A stretch of 64,000 bases of DNA, taken from positions 4,097,025-4,161,024 of the forward strand of contig CM082586.2 of assembly GCA_040954595.2 (NCBI GenBank). The letters are read 5' to 3'. The position numbers and the translations under genes were made by a program. This DNA is from Balanoglossus misakiensis (lineage: Eukaryota; Animalia; Hemichordata). Below, in pieces: positions 47,101 to 62,100 of this stretch (positions within the stretch are counted from its first letter, which is position 1; every line of letters begins with the position of its first letter). Below the pieces are notes generated by a model. The model searched no databases. It saw nothing but the letters and a program-made list of their open reading frames with translations, and had not been told where the DNA came from.

Positions 47101-50100
47101 TCATCGAAAAATCACCAGATTTCGAAAATTCGCAAAGTCGAAAAATTGTCATTTCTGGATGATTTTCATGAGCTATAACCCATGCTTTTCATCGAAAAAT
47201 CACCAGAATTCGCAAAGTCGAAAAATTGTCATTTCTGGATGATTTTCATGAGCTATAACCGATGGTTTTCATCGAAAAATCACCAGATTTCGAAAATTCG
47301 CAAAGTCGAAAAATTGTCATTTCTGGATGATTTTCATGAGCTATAACCCATGCTTTTCATCGAAAAATCACCAGATTTCGAAAATTCGCAAAGTCGAAAA
47401 ATTGTCATTTCTGGATGATTTTCATGAGCTATAACCCATGCTTTTCATCGAAAAATCACCAGATTTCGAAAATTCGCAAAGTCGAAAAATTGTCATTTCT
47501 GGATGATTTTCATGAGCTATAACCCATGGTTTTCATCGAAAAATCACCAGATTTCGAAAATTCGCAAAGTCGAAAAATTGTCATTTCTGGATGATTTTCA
47601 TGAGCTATAACCCATGCTTTTCATCGAAAAATCACCAGATTTCGAAAATTCGCAAAGTCGAAAAATTGTCATTTCTGGATGATTTTCATGAGCTATAACC
47701 CATGGTTTTCATAGAAAAATCACCAGATTTCGAAAATTCGCAAAGTCGAAAAATTGTCATTTCTGGATGATTTTCATGAGCTATAACCCATGCTTTTCAT
47801 CGAAAAATCACCAGATTTCGAAAATTCGCAAAGTCGAAAAATTGTCATTTCTGGATGATTTTCATGAGCTATAACCCATGCTTTTCATCGAAAAATCACC
47901 AGATTTCGAAAATTCGCAAAGTCGAAAAATTGTCATTTCTGGATGATTTTCATGAGCTATAACCCATGCTTTTCATCGAAAAATCACCAGATTTCGAAAA
48001 TTCGCAAAGTCGAAAAATTGTCATTTCTGGATGATTTTCATGAGCTATAACCCATGCTTTTCATCGAAAAATCACCAGATTTCGAAAATTCGCAAAGTCG
48101 AAAAATTGTCATTTCTGGATGATTTTCATGAGCTATAACCCATGCTTTTCATCGAAAAATCACCAGATTTCGAAAATTCGCAAAGTCGAAAAATTGTCAT
48201 TTCTGGATGATTTTCATGAGCTATAACCCATGCTTTTCATCGAAAAATCACCAGATTTCGAAAATTCGCAAAGTCGAAAAATTGTCATTTCTGGATGATT
48301 TTCATGAGCTATAACCCATGGTTTTCATCGAAAAATCACCAGATTTCGAAAATTCGCAAAGTCGAAAAATTGTCATTTCTGGATGATTTTCATGAGCTAT
48401 AACCCATGGTTTTCATCGAAAAATCACCAGATTTCGAAAATTCGCAAAGTCGAAAAATTGTCATTTCTGGATGATTTTCATGAGCTATAACCCATGGTTT
48501 TCATCGAAAAATCACCAGATTTCGAAAATTCGCAAAGTCGAAAAATTGTCATTTCTGGATGATTTTCATGAGCTATAACCCATGCTTTTCATCGAAAAAT
48601 CACCAGATTTCGAAAATTCGCAAAGTCGAAAAATTGTCATTTCTGGATGATTTTCATGAGCTATAACCCATGCTTTTCATCGAAAAATCACCAGATTTCG
48701 AAAATTCGCAAAGTCGAAAAATTGTCATTTCTGGATGATTTTCATGAGCTATAACCCATGCTTTTCATCGAAAAATCACCAGATTTCGAAAATTCGCAAA
48801 GTCGAAAAATTGTCATTTCTGGATGATTTTCATGAGCTATAACCCATGGTTTTCATCGAAAAATCACCAGATTTCGAAAATTCGCAGAGTCGAAAAATTG
48901 TCATTTCTGGATGATTTTCATGAGCTATAACCCATGCTTTTCATCGAAAAATCACCAGATTTCGAAAATTCGCAAAGTCGAAAAATTGTCATTTCTGGAT
49001 GATTTTCATGAGCTATAACCCATGCTTTTCATCGAAAAATCACCAGATTTCGAAAATTCGCAAAGTCGAAAAATTGTCATTTCTGGATGATTTTCATGAG
49101 CTATAACCCATGCTTTTCATCGAAAAATCACCAGATTTCGAAAATTCGCAAAGTCGAAAAATTGTCATTTCTGGATGATTTTCATGAGCTATAACCCATG
49201 CTTTTCATCGAAAAATCACCAGATTTCGAAAATTCGCAAAGTCGAAAAATTGTCATTTCTGGATGATTTTCATGAGCTATAACCCATGCTTTTCATCGAA
49301 AAATCACCAGATTTCGAAAATTCGCAAAGTCGAAAAATTGTCATTTCTGGATGATTTTCATGAGCTATAACCCATGCTTTTCATCGAAAAATCACCAGAT
49401 TTCGAAAATTCGCAAAGTCGAAAAATTGTCATTTCTGGATGATTTTCATGAGCTATAACCCATGCTTTTCATCGAAAAATCACCAGATTTCGAAAATTCG
49501 CAAAGTCGAAAAATTGTCATTTCTGGATGATTTTCATGAGCTATAACCCATGCTTTTCATCGAAAAATCACCAGATTTCGAAAATTCGCAAAGTCGAAAA
49601 ATTTTCATTTCTGGATGATTTTCATGAGCTATAACCCCTGCTTTTCATCGAAAAATCACCAGATTTCGAAAATTCGCAAAGTCGAAAAATTGTCATTTCT
49701 GGATGATTTTCATGAGCTATAACCCATGCTTTTCATCGAAAAATCACCAGATTTCGAAAATTCGCAAAGTCGAAAAATTGTCATTTCTGGATGATTTTCA
49801 TGAGCTATAACCCATGCTTTTCATCGAAAAATCACCAGATTACGAAAATTCGCAAAGTCGAAAAATTGTCATTTCTGGATGATTTTCATGAGCTATAACC
49901 CATGCTTTTCATCGAAAAATCACCAGATTTCGAAAATTCGCAAAGTCGAAAAATTGTCATTTCTGGATGATTTTCATGAGCTATAACCCATGCTTTTCAT
50001 CGAAAAATCACCAGATTTCGAAAATTCGCAAAGTCGAAAAATTGTCATTTCTGGATGATTTTCATGAGCTATAACCCATGCTTTTCATCGAAAAATCACC

Positions 50101-53100
50101 AGATTTCGAAAATTCGCAAAGTCGAAAAATTGTCATTTCTGGATGATTTTCATGAGCTATAACCCATGCTTTTCATCGAAAAATCACCAGATTTCGAAAA
50201 TTCGCAAAGTCGAAAAATTGTCATTTCTGGATGATTTTCATGAGCTATAACCCATGCTTTTCATCGAAAAATCACCAGATTTCGAAAATTCGCAAAGTCG
50301 AAAAATTGTCATTTCTGGATGATTTTCATGAGCTGTAACCCATGGTTTTCATCGAAAAATCACCAGATTTCGAAAATTCGCAAAGTCGAAAAATTGTCAT
50401 TTCTGGATGATTTTCATGAGCTATAACCCATGCTTTTCATCGAAAAATCACCAGATTTCGAAAATTCGCAAAGTCGAAAAATTGTCATTTCTGGATGATT
50501 TTCATGAGCTATAACCCATGCTTTTCATCGAAAAATCACCAGATTTCGAAAATTCGCAAAGTCGAAAAATTGTCATTTCTGGATGATTTTCATGAGCTAT
50601 AACCCATGCTTTTCATCGAAAAATCACCAGATTTCGAAAATTCGCAAAGTCGAAAAATTGTCATTTCTGGATGATTTTCATGAGCTATAACCCATGGTTT
50701 TCATCGAAAAATCACCAGATTTCGAAAATTCGCAAAGTCGAAAAATTGTCATTTCTGGATGATTTTCATGAGCTATAACCCATGGTTTTCATCGAAAAAT
50801 CACCAGATTTCGAAAATTCGCAAAGTCGAAAAATTGTCATTTCTGGATGATTTTCATGAGCTATAACCCATGCTTTTCATCGAAAAATCACCAGATTTCG
50901 AAAATTCGCAAAGTCGAAAAATTGTCATTTCTGGATGATTTTCATGAGCTATAACCCATGCTTTTCATCGAAAAATCACCAGATTTCGAAAATTCGCAAA
51001 GTCGAAAAATTGTCATTTCTGGATGATTTTCATGAGCTATAACCCATGCTTTTCATCGAAAAATCACCAGATTTCGAAAATTCGCAAAGTCGAAAAATTG
51101 TCATTTCTGGATGATTTTCATGAGCTATAACCCATGCTTTTCATCGAAAAATCACCAGATTTCGAAAATTCGCAAAGTCGAAAAATTGTCATTTCTGGAT
51201 GATTTTCATGAGCTATAACCCATGCTTTTCATCGAAAAATCACCAGATTTCGAAAATTCGCAAAGTCGAAAAATTGTCATTTCTGGATGATTTTCATGAG
51301 CTATAACCCATGCTTTTCATCGAAAAATCACCAGATTTCGAAAATTCGCAAAGTCGAAAAATTGTCATTTCTGGATGATTTTCATGAGCTATAACCCATG
51401 CTTTTCATCGAAAAATCACCAGATTTCGAAAATTCGCAAAGTCGAAAAATTGTCATTTCTGGATGATTTTCATGAGCTGTAACCCATGGTTTTCATCGAA
51501 AAATCACCAGATTTCGAAAATTCGCAAAGTCGAAAAATTGTCATTTCTGGATGATTTTCATGAGCTATAACCCATGCTTTTCATCGAAAAATCACCAGAT
51601 TTCGAAAATTCGCAAAGTCGAAAAATTGTCATTTCTGGATGATTTTCATGAGCTATAACCCATGCTTTTCATCGAAAAATCACCAGATTTCGAAAATTCG
51701 CAAAGTCGAAAAATTGTCATTTCTGGATGATTTTCATGAGCTATAACCCATGCTTTTCATCGAAAAATCACCAGATTTCGAAAATTCGCAAAGTCGAAAA
51801 ATTGTCATTTCTGGATGATTTTCATGAGCTATAACCCATGGTTTTCATCGAAAAATCACCAGATTTCGAAAATTCGCAAAGTCGAAAAATTGTCATTTCT
51901 GGATGATTTTCATGAGCTATAACCCATGGTTTTCATCGAAAAATCACCAGATTTCGAAAATTCGCAAAGTCGAAAAATTGTCATTTCTGGATGATTTTCA
52001 TGAGCCAGAACCCATGCTTTTCATCGAAAAATCACCAGATTTCGAAAATTCGCAAAGTCGAAAAGTTGTCATTTCTGGATGATTTTCATGAGCTATAACC
52101 CATGCTTTTCATCGAAAAATCACCAGATTTCGAAAATTCGCAAAGTCGAAAAATTGTTATTTCTGGATGATTTTCATGAGCTATAACCCATGCTTTTCAT
52201 CGAAAAATCACCAGATTTCGAAAATTCGCAAAGTCGAAAAATTGTCATTTCTGGATGATTTTCATGAGCTATAACCCATGCTTTTCATCGAAAAATCACC
52301 AGATTTCGAAAATTCGCAAAGTCGAAAAATTGTCATTTCTGGATGATTTTCATGAGCTATAACCCATGCTTTTCATCGAAAAATCACCAGATTTCGAAAA
52401 TTCGCAAAGTCGAAAAATTGTCATTTCTGGATGATTTTCATGAGCTATAACCCATGCTTTTCATCGAAAAATCACCAGATTTCGAAAATTCGCAAAGTCG
52501 AAAAATTGTCATTTCTGGATGATTTTCATGAGCTATAACCCATGCTTTTCATCGAAAAATCACCAGATTTCGAAAATTCGCAAAGTCGAAAAATTGTCAT
52601 TTCTGGATGATTTTCATGAGCTATAACCCATGCTTTTCATCGAAAAATCACCAGATTTCGAAAATTCGCAAAGTCGAAAAATTGTCATTTCTGGATGATT
52701 TTCATGAGCTATAACCCATGCTTTTCATCGAAAAATCACCAGATTTCGAAAATTCGCAAAGTCGAAAAATTGTCATTTCTGGATGATTTTCATGAGCTGT
52801 AACCCATGGTTTTCATCGAAAAATCACCAGATTTCGAAAATTCGCAAAGTCGAAAAATTGTCATTTCTGGATGATTTTCATGAGCTATAACCCATGCTTT
52901 TCATCGAAAAATCACCAGATTTCGAAAATTCGCAAAGTCGAAAAATTGTCATTTCTGGATGATTTTCATGAGCTATAACCCATGCTTTTCATCGAAAAAT
53001 CACCAGATTTCGAAAATTCGCAAAGTCGAAAAATTGTCATTTCTGGATGATTTTCATGAGCTATAACCCATGCTTTTCATCGAAAAATCACCAGATTTCG

Positions 53101-56100
53101 AAAATTCGCAAAGTCGAAAAATTGTCATTTCTGGATGATTTTCATGAGCTATAACCCATGGTTTTCATCGAAAAATCACCAGATTTCGAAAATTCGCAAA
53201 GTCGAAAAATTGTCATTTCTGGATGATTTTCATGAGCTATAACCCATGCTTTTCATCGAAAAATCACCAGATTTCGAAAATTCGCAAAGTCGAAAAATTG
53301 TCATTTCTGGATGATTTTCATGAGCCAGAACCCATGCTTTTCATCGAAAAATCACCAGATTTCGAAAATTCGCAAAGTCGAAAAATTGTCATTTCTGGAT
53401 GATTTTCATGAGCTATAACCCATGCTTTTCATCGAAAAATCACCAGATTTCGAAAATTCGCAAAGTCGAAAAATTGTCATTTCTGGATGATTTTCATGAG
53501 CTATAACCCATGCTTTTCATCGAAAAATCACCAGATTTCGAAAATTCGCAAAGTCGAAAAATTGTCATTTCTGGATGATTTTCATGAGCTATAACCCATG
53601 CTTTTCATCGAAAAATCACCAGATTTCGAAAATTCGCAAAGTCGAAAAATTGTCATTTCTGGATGATTTTCATGAGCTATAACCCATGGTTTTCATCGAA
53701 AAATCACCAGATTTCGAAAATTCGCAAAGTCGAAAAATTGTCATTTCTGGATGATTTTCATGAGCTATAACCCATGCTTTTCATCGAAAAATCACCAGAT
53801 TTCGAAAATTCGCAAAGTCGAAAAATTGTCATTTCTGGATGATTTTCATGAGCTATAACCCATGCTTTTCATCGAAAAATCACCAGATTTCGAAAATTCG
53901 CAAAGTCGAAAAATTGTCATTTCTGGATGATTTTCATGAGCTATAACCCATGCTTTTTCATCGAAAAATCACCAGATTTCGAAAATTCGCAAAGTCGAAA
54001 AATTGTCATTTCTGGATGATTTTCATGAGCTATAACCCATGGTTTTCATCGAAAAATCACCAGATTTCGAAAATTCGCAAAGTCGAAAAATTGTCATTTC
54101 TGGATGATTTTCATGAGCTATAACCCATGGTTTTCATCGAAAAATCACCAGATTTCGAAAATTCGCAAAGTCGAAAAATTGTCATTTCTGGATGATTTTC
54201 ATGAGCTATAACCCATGGTTTTCATCGAAAAATCACCAGATTTCGAAAATTCGCAAAGTCGAAAAATTGTCATTTTCTGGATGATTTTCATGAGCTATAA
54301 CCCATGCTTTTCATCGAAAAATCACCAGATTTCGAAAATTCGCAAAGTCGAAAAATTGTCATTTCTGGATGATTTTCATGAGCTATAACCCATGCTTTTC
54401 ATCGAAAAATCACCAGATTTCGAAAATTCGCAAAGTCGAAAAATTGTCATTTCTGGATGATTTTCATGAGCTATAACCCATGCTTTTCATCGAAAAATCA
54501 CCAGATTTCGAAAATTCGCAAAGTCGAAAAATTGTCATTTCTGGATGATTTTCATGAGCTATAACCCATTCTTTTCATCGAAAAATCACCAGATTTCGAA
54601 AATTCGCAAAGTCGAAAAATTGTCATTTCTGGATGATTTTCATGAGCTGTAACCCATGGTTTTCATCGAAAAATCACCAGATTTCGAAAATTCGCAAAGT
54701 CGAAAAATTGTCATTTCTGGATGATTTTCATGAGCTGTAACCCATGGTTTTCATCGAAAAATCACCAGATTTCGAAAATTCGCAAAGTCGAAAAATTGTC
54801 ATTTCTGGATGATTTTCATGAGCTATAACCCATGCTTTTCATCGAAAAATCACCAGATTTCGAAAATTCGCAAAGTCGAAAAATTGTCATTTCTGGATGA
54901 TTTTCATGAGCTATAACCCATGGTTTTTCATCGAAAAATCACCAGATTTCGAAAATTCGCAAAGTCGAAAAGTTGTCATTTCTGGATGATTTTCATGAGC
55001 TATAACCCATGCTTTTCATCGAAAAATCACCAGATTTCGAAAATTCGCAAAGTCGAAAAATTGTTATTTCTGGATGATTTTCATGAGCTATAACCCATGC
55101 TTTTCATCGAAAAATCACCAGATTTCGAAAATTCGCAAAGTCGAAAAATTGTCATTTCTGGATGATTTTCATGAGCTATAACCCATGCTTTTCATCGAAA
55201 AATCACCAGATTTCGAAAATTCGCAAAGTCGAAAAATTGTCATTTCTGGATGATTTTCATGAGCTATAACCCATGCTTTTCATCGAAAAATCACCAGATT
55301 TCGAAAATTCGCAAAGTCGAAAAATTGTCATTTCTGGATGATTTTCATGAGCTATAACCCATGCTTTTCATCGAAAAATCACCAGATTTCGAAAATTCGC
55401 AAAGTCGAAAAATTGTCATTTCTGGATGATTTTCATGAGCTATAACCCATGCTTTTCATCGAAAAATCACCAGATTTCGAAAATTCGCAAAGTCGAAAAA
55501 TTGTCATTTCTGGATGATTTTCATGAGCTATAACCCATGCTTTTCATCGAAAAATCACCAGATTTCGAAAATTCGCAAAGTCGAAAAATTGTCATTTCTG
55601 GATGATTTTCATGAGCTATAACCCATGCTTTTCATAGAAAAATCACCAGATTTCGAAAATTCGCAAAGTCGAAAAATTGTCATTTCTGGATGATTTTCAT
55701 GAGCTATAACCCATGCTTTTCATCGAAAAATCACCAGATTTCGAAAATTTGCAAAGTCGAAAAATTGTCATTTCTGGATGATTTTCATGAGCTATAACCC
55801 ATGCTTTTCATCGAAAAATCACCAGATTTCGAAAATTCGCAAAGTCGAAAAATTGTCATTTCTGGATGATTTTTCATGAGCTATAACCCATGCTTTTCAT
55901 CGAAAAATCACCAGATTTCGAAAATTCGCAAAGTCGAAAAATTGTCATTTCTGGATGATTTTCATGAGCTATAACCCATGCTTTTCATCGAAAAATCACC
56001 AGATTTCGAAAATTCGCAAAGTCGAAAAATTGTCATTTCTGGATGATTTTCATGAGCTATAACCCATGCTTTTCATCGAAAAATCACCAGATTTCGAAAA

Positions 56101-59100
56101 TTCGCAAAGTCGAAAAATTGTCATTTCTGGATGATTTTCATGAGCTATAACCCATGCTTTTCATCGAAAAATCACCAGATTTCGAAAATTCGCAAAGTCG
56201 AAAAATTGTCATTTCTGGATGATTTTCATGAGCTGTAACCCATGGTTTTCAATCGAAAAATCACCAGATTTCGAAAATTCGCAAAGTCGAAAAATTGTCA
56301 TTTCTGGATGATTTTCATGAGCTATAACCCATGCTTTTCATCGAAAAATCACCAGATTTCGAAAATTCGCAAAGTCGAAAAATTGTCATTTCTGGATGAT
56401 TTTCATGAGCTATAACCCATGCTTTTCATCGAAAAATCACCAGATTTCGAAAATTCGCAAAGTCGAAAAATTGTCATTTCTGGATGATTTTCATGAGCTA
56501 TAACCCATGCTTTTCATCGAAAAATCACCAGATTTCGAAAATTCGCAAAGTCGAAAAAGTTGTCATTTCTGGATGATTTTCATGAGCTATAACCCATGCT
56601 TTTCATCGAAAAATCACCAGATTTCGAAAATTCGCAAAGTCGAAAAATTGTCATTTCTGGATGATTTTCATGAGCTATAACCCATGCTTTTCATCGAAAA
56701 TCACCAGATTTCGAAAATTCGCAAAGTCGAAAAATTGTCATTTCTGGATGATTTTCATGAGCTATAACCCATGCTTTTCATCGAAAAATCACCAGATTTC
56801 GAAAATTCGCAAAGTCGAAAAATTGTCATTTCTGGATGATTTTCATGAGCTATAACCCATGCTTTTCATCGAAAAATCACCAGATTTCGAAAATTCGCAA
56901 AGTCGAAAAATTGTCATTTCTGGATGATTTTCATGAGCTATAACCCATGCTTTTCATCGAAAAATCACCAGATTTCGAAAATTCGCAAAGTCGAAAAATT
57001 GTCATTTCTGGATGATTTTCATGAGCTATAACCCATGCTTTTCATCGAAAAATCACCAGATTTCGAAAATTCGCAAAGTCGAAAAATTGTCATTTCTGGA
57101 TGATTTTCATGAGCTATAACCCATGCTTTTCATCGAAAAATCACCAGATTTCGAAAATTCGCAAAGTCGAAAAATTGTCATTTCTGGATGATTTTCATGA
57201 GCTATAACCCATGCTTTTCATCGAAAAATCACCAGATTTCGAAAATTCGCAAAGTCGAAAAATTGTCATTTCTGGATGATTTTCATGAGCTATAACCCAT
57301 GCTTTTCATCGAAAAATCACCAGATTTCGAAAATTCGCAAAGTCGAAAAATTGTCATTTCTGGATGATTTTCATGAGCTATAACCCATGCTTTTCATCGA
57401 AAAATCACCAGATTTCGAAAATTCGCAAAGTCGAAAAATTGTCATTTCTGGATGATTTTCATGAGCTATAACCCATGCTTTTCATCGAAAAATCACCAGA
57501 TTTCGAAAATTCGCAAAGTCGAAAAATTGTCATTTCTGGATGATTTTCATGAGCTATAACCCATGCTTTTCATCGAAAAATCACCAGATTTCGAAAATTC
57601 GCAAAGTCGAAAAATTGTCATTTCTGGATGATTTTCATGAGCTATAACCCATGCTTTTCATCGAAAAATCACCAGATTTCGAAAATTCGCAAAGTCGAAA
57701 AATTGTCATTTCTGGATGATTTTCATGAGCTATAAACCCATGCTTTTCATCGAAAAATCACCAGATTTCGAAAATTCGCAAAGTCGAAAAATTGTCATTT
57801 CTGGATGATTTTCATGAGCTATAACCCATGCTTTTCATCGAAAAATCACCAGATTTCGAAAATTCGCAAAGTCGAAAAATTGTCATTTCTGGATGATTTT
57901 CATGAGCTATAACCCATGCTTTTCATCGAAAAATCACCAGATTTCGAAAATTCGCAAAGTCGAAAAATTGTCATTTCTGGATGATTTTCATGAGCTATAA
58001 CCCATGCTTTTCATCGAAAAATCACCAGATTTCGAAAATTCGCAAAGTCGAAAAATTGTCATTTCTGGATGATTTTCATGAGCTATAACCCATGCTTTTC
58101 ATCGAAAAATCACCAGATTTCGAAAATTCGCAAAGTCGAAAAATTGTCATTTCTGGATGATTTTCATGAGCTATAACCCATGCTTTTCATCGAAAAATCA
58201 CCAGATTTCGAAAATTCGCAAAGTCGAAAAATTGTCATTTCTGGATGATTTTCATGAGCTATAACCCATGCTTTTCATCGAAAAATCACCAGATTTCGAA
58301 AATTCGCAAAGTCGAAAAATTGTCATTTCTGGATGATTTTCATGAGCTATAACCCATGCTTTTCATCGAAAAATCACCAGATTTCGAAAATTCGCAAAGT
58401 CGAAAAATTGTCATTTCTGGATGATTTTCATGAGCTATAACCCATGCTTTTCATCGAAAAATCACCAGATTTCGAAAATTCGCAAAGTCGAAAAATTGTC
58501 ATTTCTGGATGATTTTCATGAGCTATAACCCATGCTTTTCATCGAAAAATCACCAGATTTCGAAAATTCGCAAAGTCGAAAAATTGTCATTTCTGGATGA
58601 TTTTCATGAGCTATAACCCATGCTTTTCATCGAAAAATCACCAGATTTCGAAAATTCGCAAAGTCGAAAAATTGTCATTTCTGGATGATTTTCATGAGCT
58701 ATAACCCATGCTTTTCATCGAAAAATCACCAGATTTCGAAAATTCGCAAAGTCGAAAAATTGTCATTTCTGGATGATTTTCATGAGCTATAACCCATGCT
58801 TTTCATCGAAAAATCACCAGATTTCGAAAATTCGCAAAGTCGAAAAATTGTCATTTCTGGATGATTTTCATGAGCTATAACCCATGCTTTTCATCGAAAA
58901 ATCACCAGATTTCGAAAATTCGCAAAGTCGAAAAATTGTCATTTCTGGATGATTTTCATGAGCTATAACCCATGCTTTTCATCGAAAAATCACCAGATTT
59001 CGAAAATTCGCAAAGTCGAAAAATTGTCATTTCTGGATGATTTTCATGAGCTATAACCCATGCTTTTCATCGAAAAATCACCAGATTTCGAAAATTCGCA

Positions 59101-62100
59101 AAGTCGAAAAATTGTCATTTCTGGATGATTTTCATGAGCTATAACCCATGCTTTTCATCGAAAAATCACCAGATTTCGAAAAATTCGCAAAGTCGAAAAA
59201 TTGTCATTTCTGGATGATTTTCATGAGCTATAACCCATGCTTTTCATCGAAAAATCACCAGATTTCGAAAATTCGCAAAGTCGAAAAATTGTCATTTCTG
59301 GATGATTTTCATGAGCTATAACCCATGGCTTTTCATCGAAAAATCACCAGATTTCGAAAATTCGCAAAGTCGAAAAATTGTCATTTCTGGATGATTTTCA
59401 TGAGCTATAACCCATGCTTTTCATCGAAAAATCACCAGATTTCGAAAATTCGCAAAGTCGAAAAATTGTCATTTCTGGATGATTTTCATGAGCTATAACC
59501 CATGCTTTTCATCGAAAAATCACCAGATTTCGAAAATTCGCAAAGTCGAAAATTTGTCATTTCTGGATGATTTTTCATGAGCTATAACCCATGCTTTTCA
59601 TCGAAAAATCACCAGATTTCGAAAATTCGCAAAGTCGAAAAATTGTCATTTCTGGATGATTTTCATGAGCTATAACCCATGCTTTTCATCGAAAAATCAC
59701 CAGATTTCGAAAATTCGCAAAGTCGAAAAATTTGTCATTTCTGGATGATTTTCATGAGCTATAACCCATGCTTTTCATCGAAAAATCACCAGATTTCGAA
59801 AATTCGCAAAGTCGAAAAATTGTCATTTCTGGATGATTTTCATGAGCTATAACCCATGGTTTTCATCGAAAAATCACCAGATTTCGAAAATTCGCAAAGT
59901 CGAAAAATTGTCATTTCTGGATGATTTTCATGAGCTATAACCCATGCTTTTCATCGAAAATCACCAGATTTCGAAAATTCGCAAAGTCGAAAAATTGTCA
60001 TTTCTGGATGATTTTCATGAGCTATAACCCATGCTTTTCATCGAAAAATCACCAGATTTCGAAAATTCGCAAAGTCGAAAAATTGTCATTTCTGGATGAT
60101 TTTCATGAGCTATAACCCATGGTTTTCATCGAAAATCACCAGATTTCGAAAATTCGCAAAGTCGAAAAATTGTCATTTCTGGATGATTTTCATGAGCTAT
60201 AACCCATGGTTTTCATCGAAAAATCACCAGATTTCGAAAATTCGCAAAGTCGAAAAATTGTCATTTCTGGATGATTTTCATGAGCTATAACCCATGCTTT
60301 TCATCGAAAAATCACCAGATTTCGAAAATTCGCAAAGTCGAAAAATTGTCATTTCTGGATGATTTTCATGAGCTATAACCCATGCTTTTCATCGAAAAAT
60401 CACCAGATTTCGAAAATTCGCAAAGTCGAAAAATTGTCATTTCTGGATGATTTTCATGAGCTATAACCCATGCTTTTCATCGAAAAATCACCAGATTTCG
60501 AAAATTCGCAAAGTCGAAAAATTGTCATTTCTGGATGATTTTCATGAGCTATAACCCATGCTTTTCATCGAAAAATCACCAGATTTCGAAAATTCGCAAA
60601 GTCGAAAAATTGTCATTTCTGGATGATTTTCATGAGCTATAACCCATGCTTTTCATCGAAAATCACCAGATTTCGAAATTCGCAAAGTCGAAAAATTGTC
60701 ATTTCTGGATGATTTTCATGAGCTATAACCCATGCTTTTCATCGAAAAATCACCAGATTTCGAAAATTCGCAAAGTCGAAAAATTGTCATTTCTGGATGA
60801 TTTTCATGAGCTATAACCCATGCTTTTCATCGAAAAATCACCAGATTTCGAAAATTCGCAAAGTCGAAAAATTGTCATTTCTGGATGATTTTCATGAGCT
60901 ATAACCCATGCTTTTCATCGAAAAATCACCAGATTTCGAAAATTCGCAAAGTCGAAAAATTGTCATTTCTGGATGATTTTCATGAGCTATAACCCATGGT
61001 TTTCATCGAAAAATCACCAGATTTCGAAAATTCGCAAAGTCGAAAAATTGTCATTTCTGGATGATTTTCATGAGCTATAACCCATGCTTTTCATCGAAAA
61101 ATCACCAGATTTCGAAAATTCGCAAAGTCGAAAAATTGTCATTTCTAGATGATTTTCATGAGCTATAACCCATGGTTTTCATCGAAAAATCACCAGATTT
61201 CGAAAATTCGCAAAGTCGAAAAATTGTCATTTCTGGATGATTTTCATGAGCTATAACCCATGCTTTTCATCGAAAAATCACCAGATTTCGAAAATTCGCA
61301 AAGTCGAAAAATTGTCATTTCTGGATGATTTTCATGAGCTATAACCCATGCTTTTCATCAAAAAATCACCAGATTTCGAAAATTCGCAAAGTCGAAAAAT
61401 TGTCATTTCTGGATGATTTTCATGAGCTATAACCCATGCTTTTCATCGAAAAATCACCAGATTTCGAAAATTCGCAAAGTCGAAAAATTGTCATTTCTGG
61501 ATGATTTTCATGAGCTATAACCCATGGTTTTCATCGAAAAATCACCAGATTTCGAAAATTCGCAAAGTCGAAAATTGTCATTTCTGGATGATTTTCATGA
61601 GCTATAACCCATGGTTTTCATCGAAAAATCACCAGATTTCGAAAATTCGCAAAGTCGAAAAATTGTCATTTCTGGATGATTTTCATGAGCTATAACCCAT
61701 GCTTTTCATCGAAAAATCACCAGATTTCGAAAATTCGCAAAGTCGAAAAAATTGTCATTTCTGGATGATTTTCATGAGCTATAACCCATGCTTTTCATCG
61801 AAAAATCACCAGATTTCGAAAATTCGCAAAGTCGAAAATTGTCATTTCTGGATGATTTTCATGAGCTATAACCCATGCTTTTCATCGAAAAATCACCAGA
61901 TTTCGAAAATTCGCAAAGTCGAAAAATTGTCATTTCTGGATGATTTTCATGAGCTATAACCCATGCTTTTCATCGAAAAATCACCAGATTTCGAAAATTC
62001 GCAAAGTCGAAAAATTGTCATTTCTGGATGATTTTCATGAGCTATAACCCATGCTTTTCATCGAAAAATCACCAGATTTCGAAAATTCGCAAAGTCGAAA

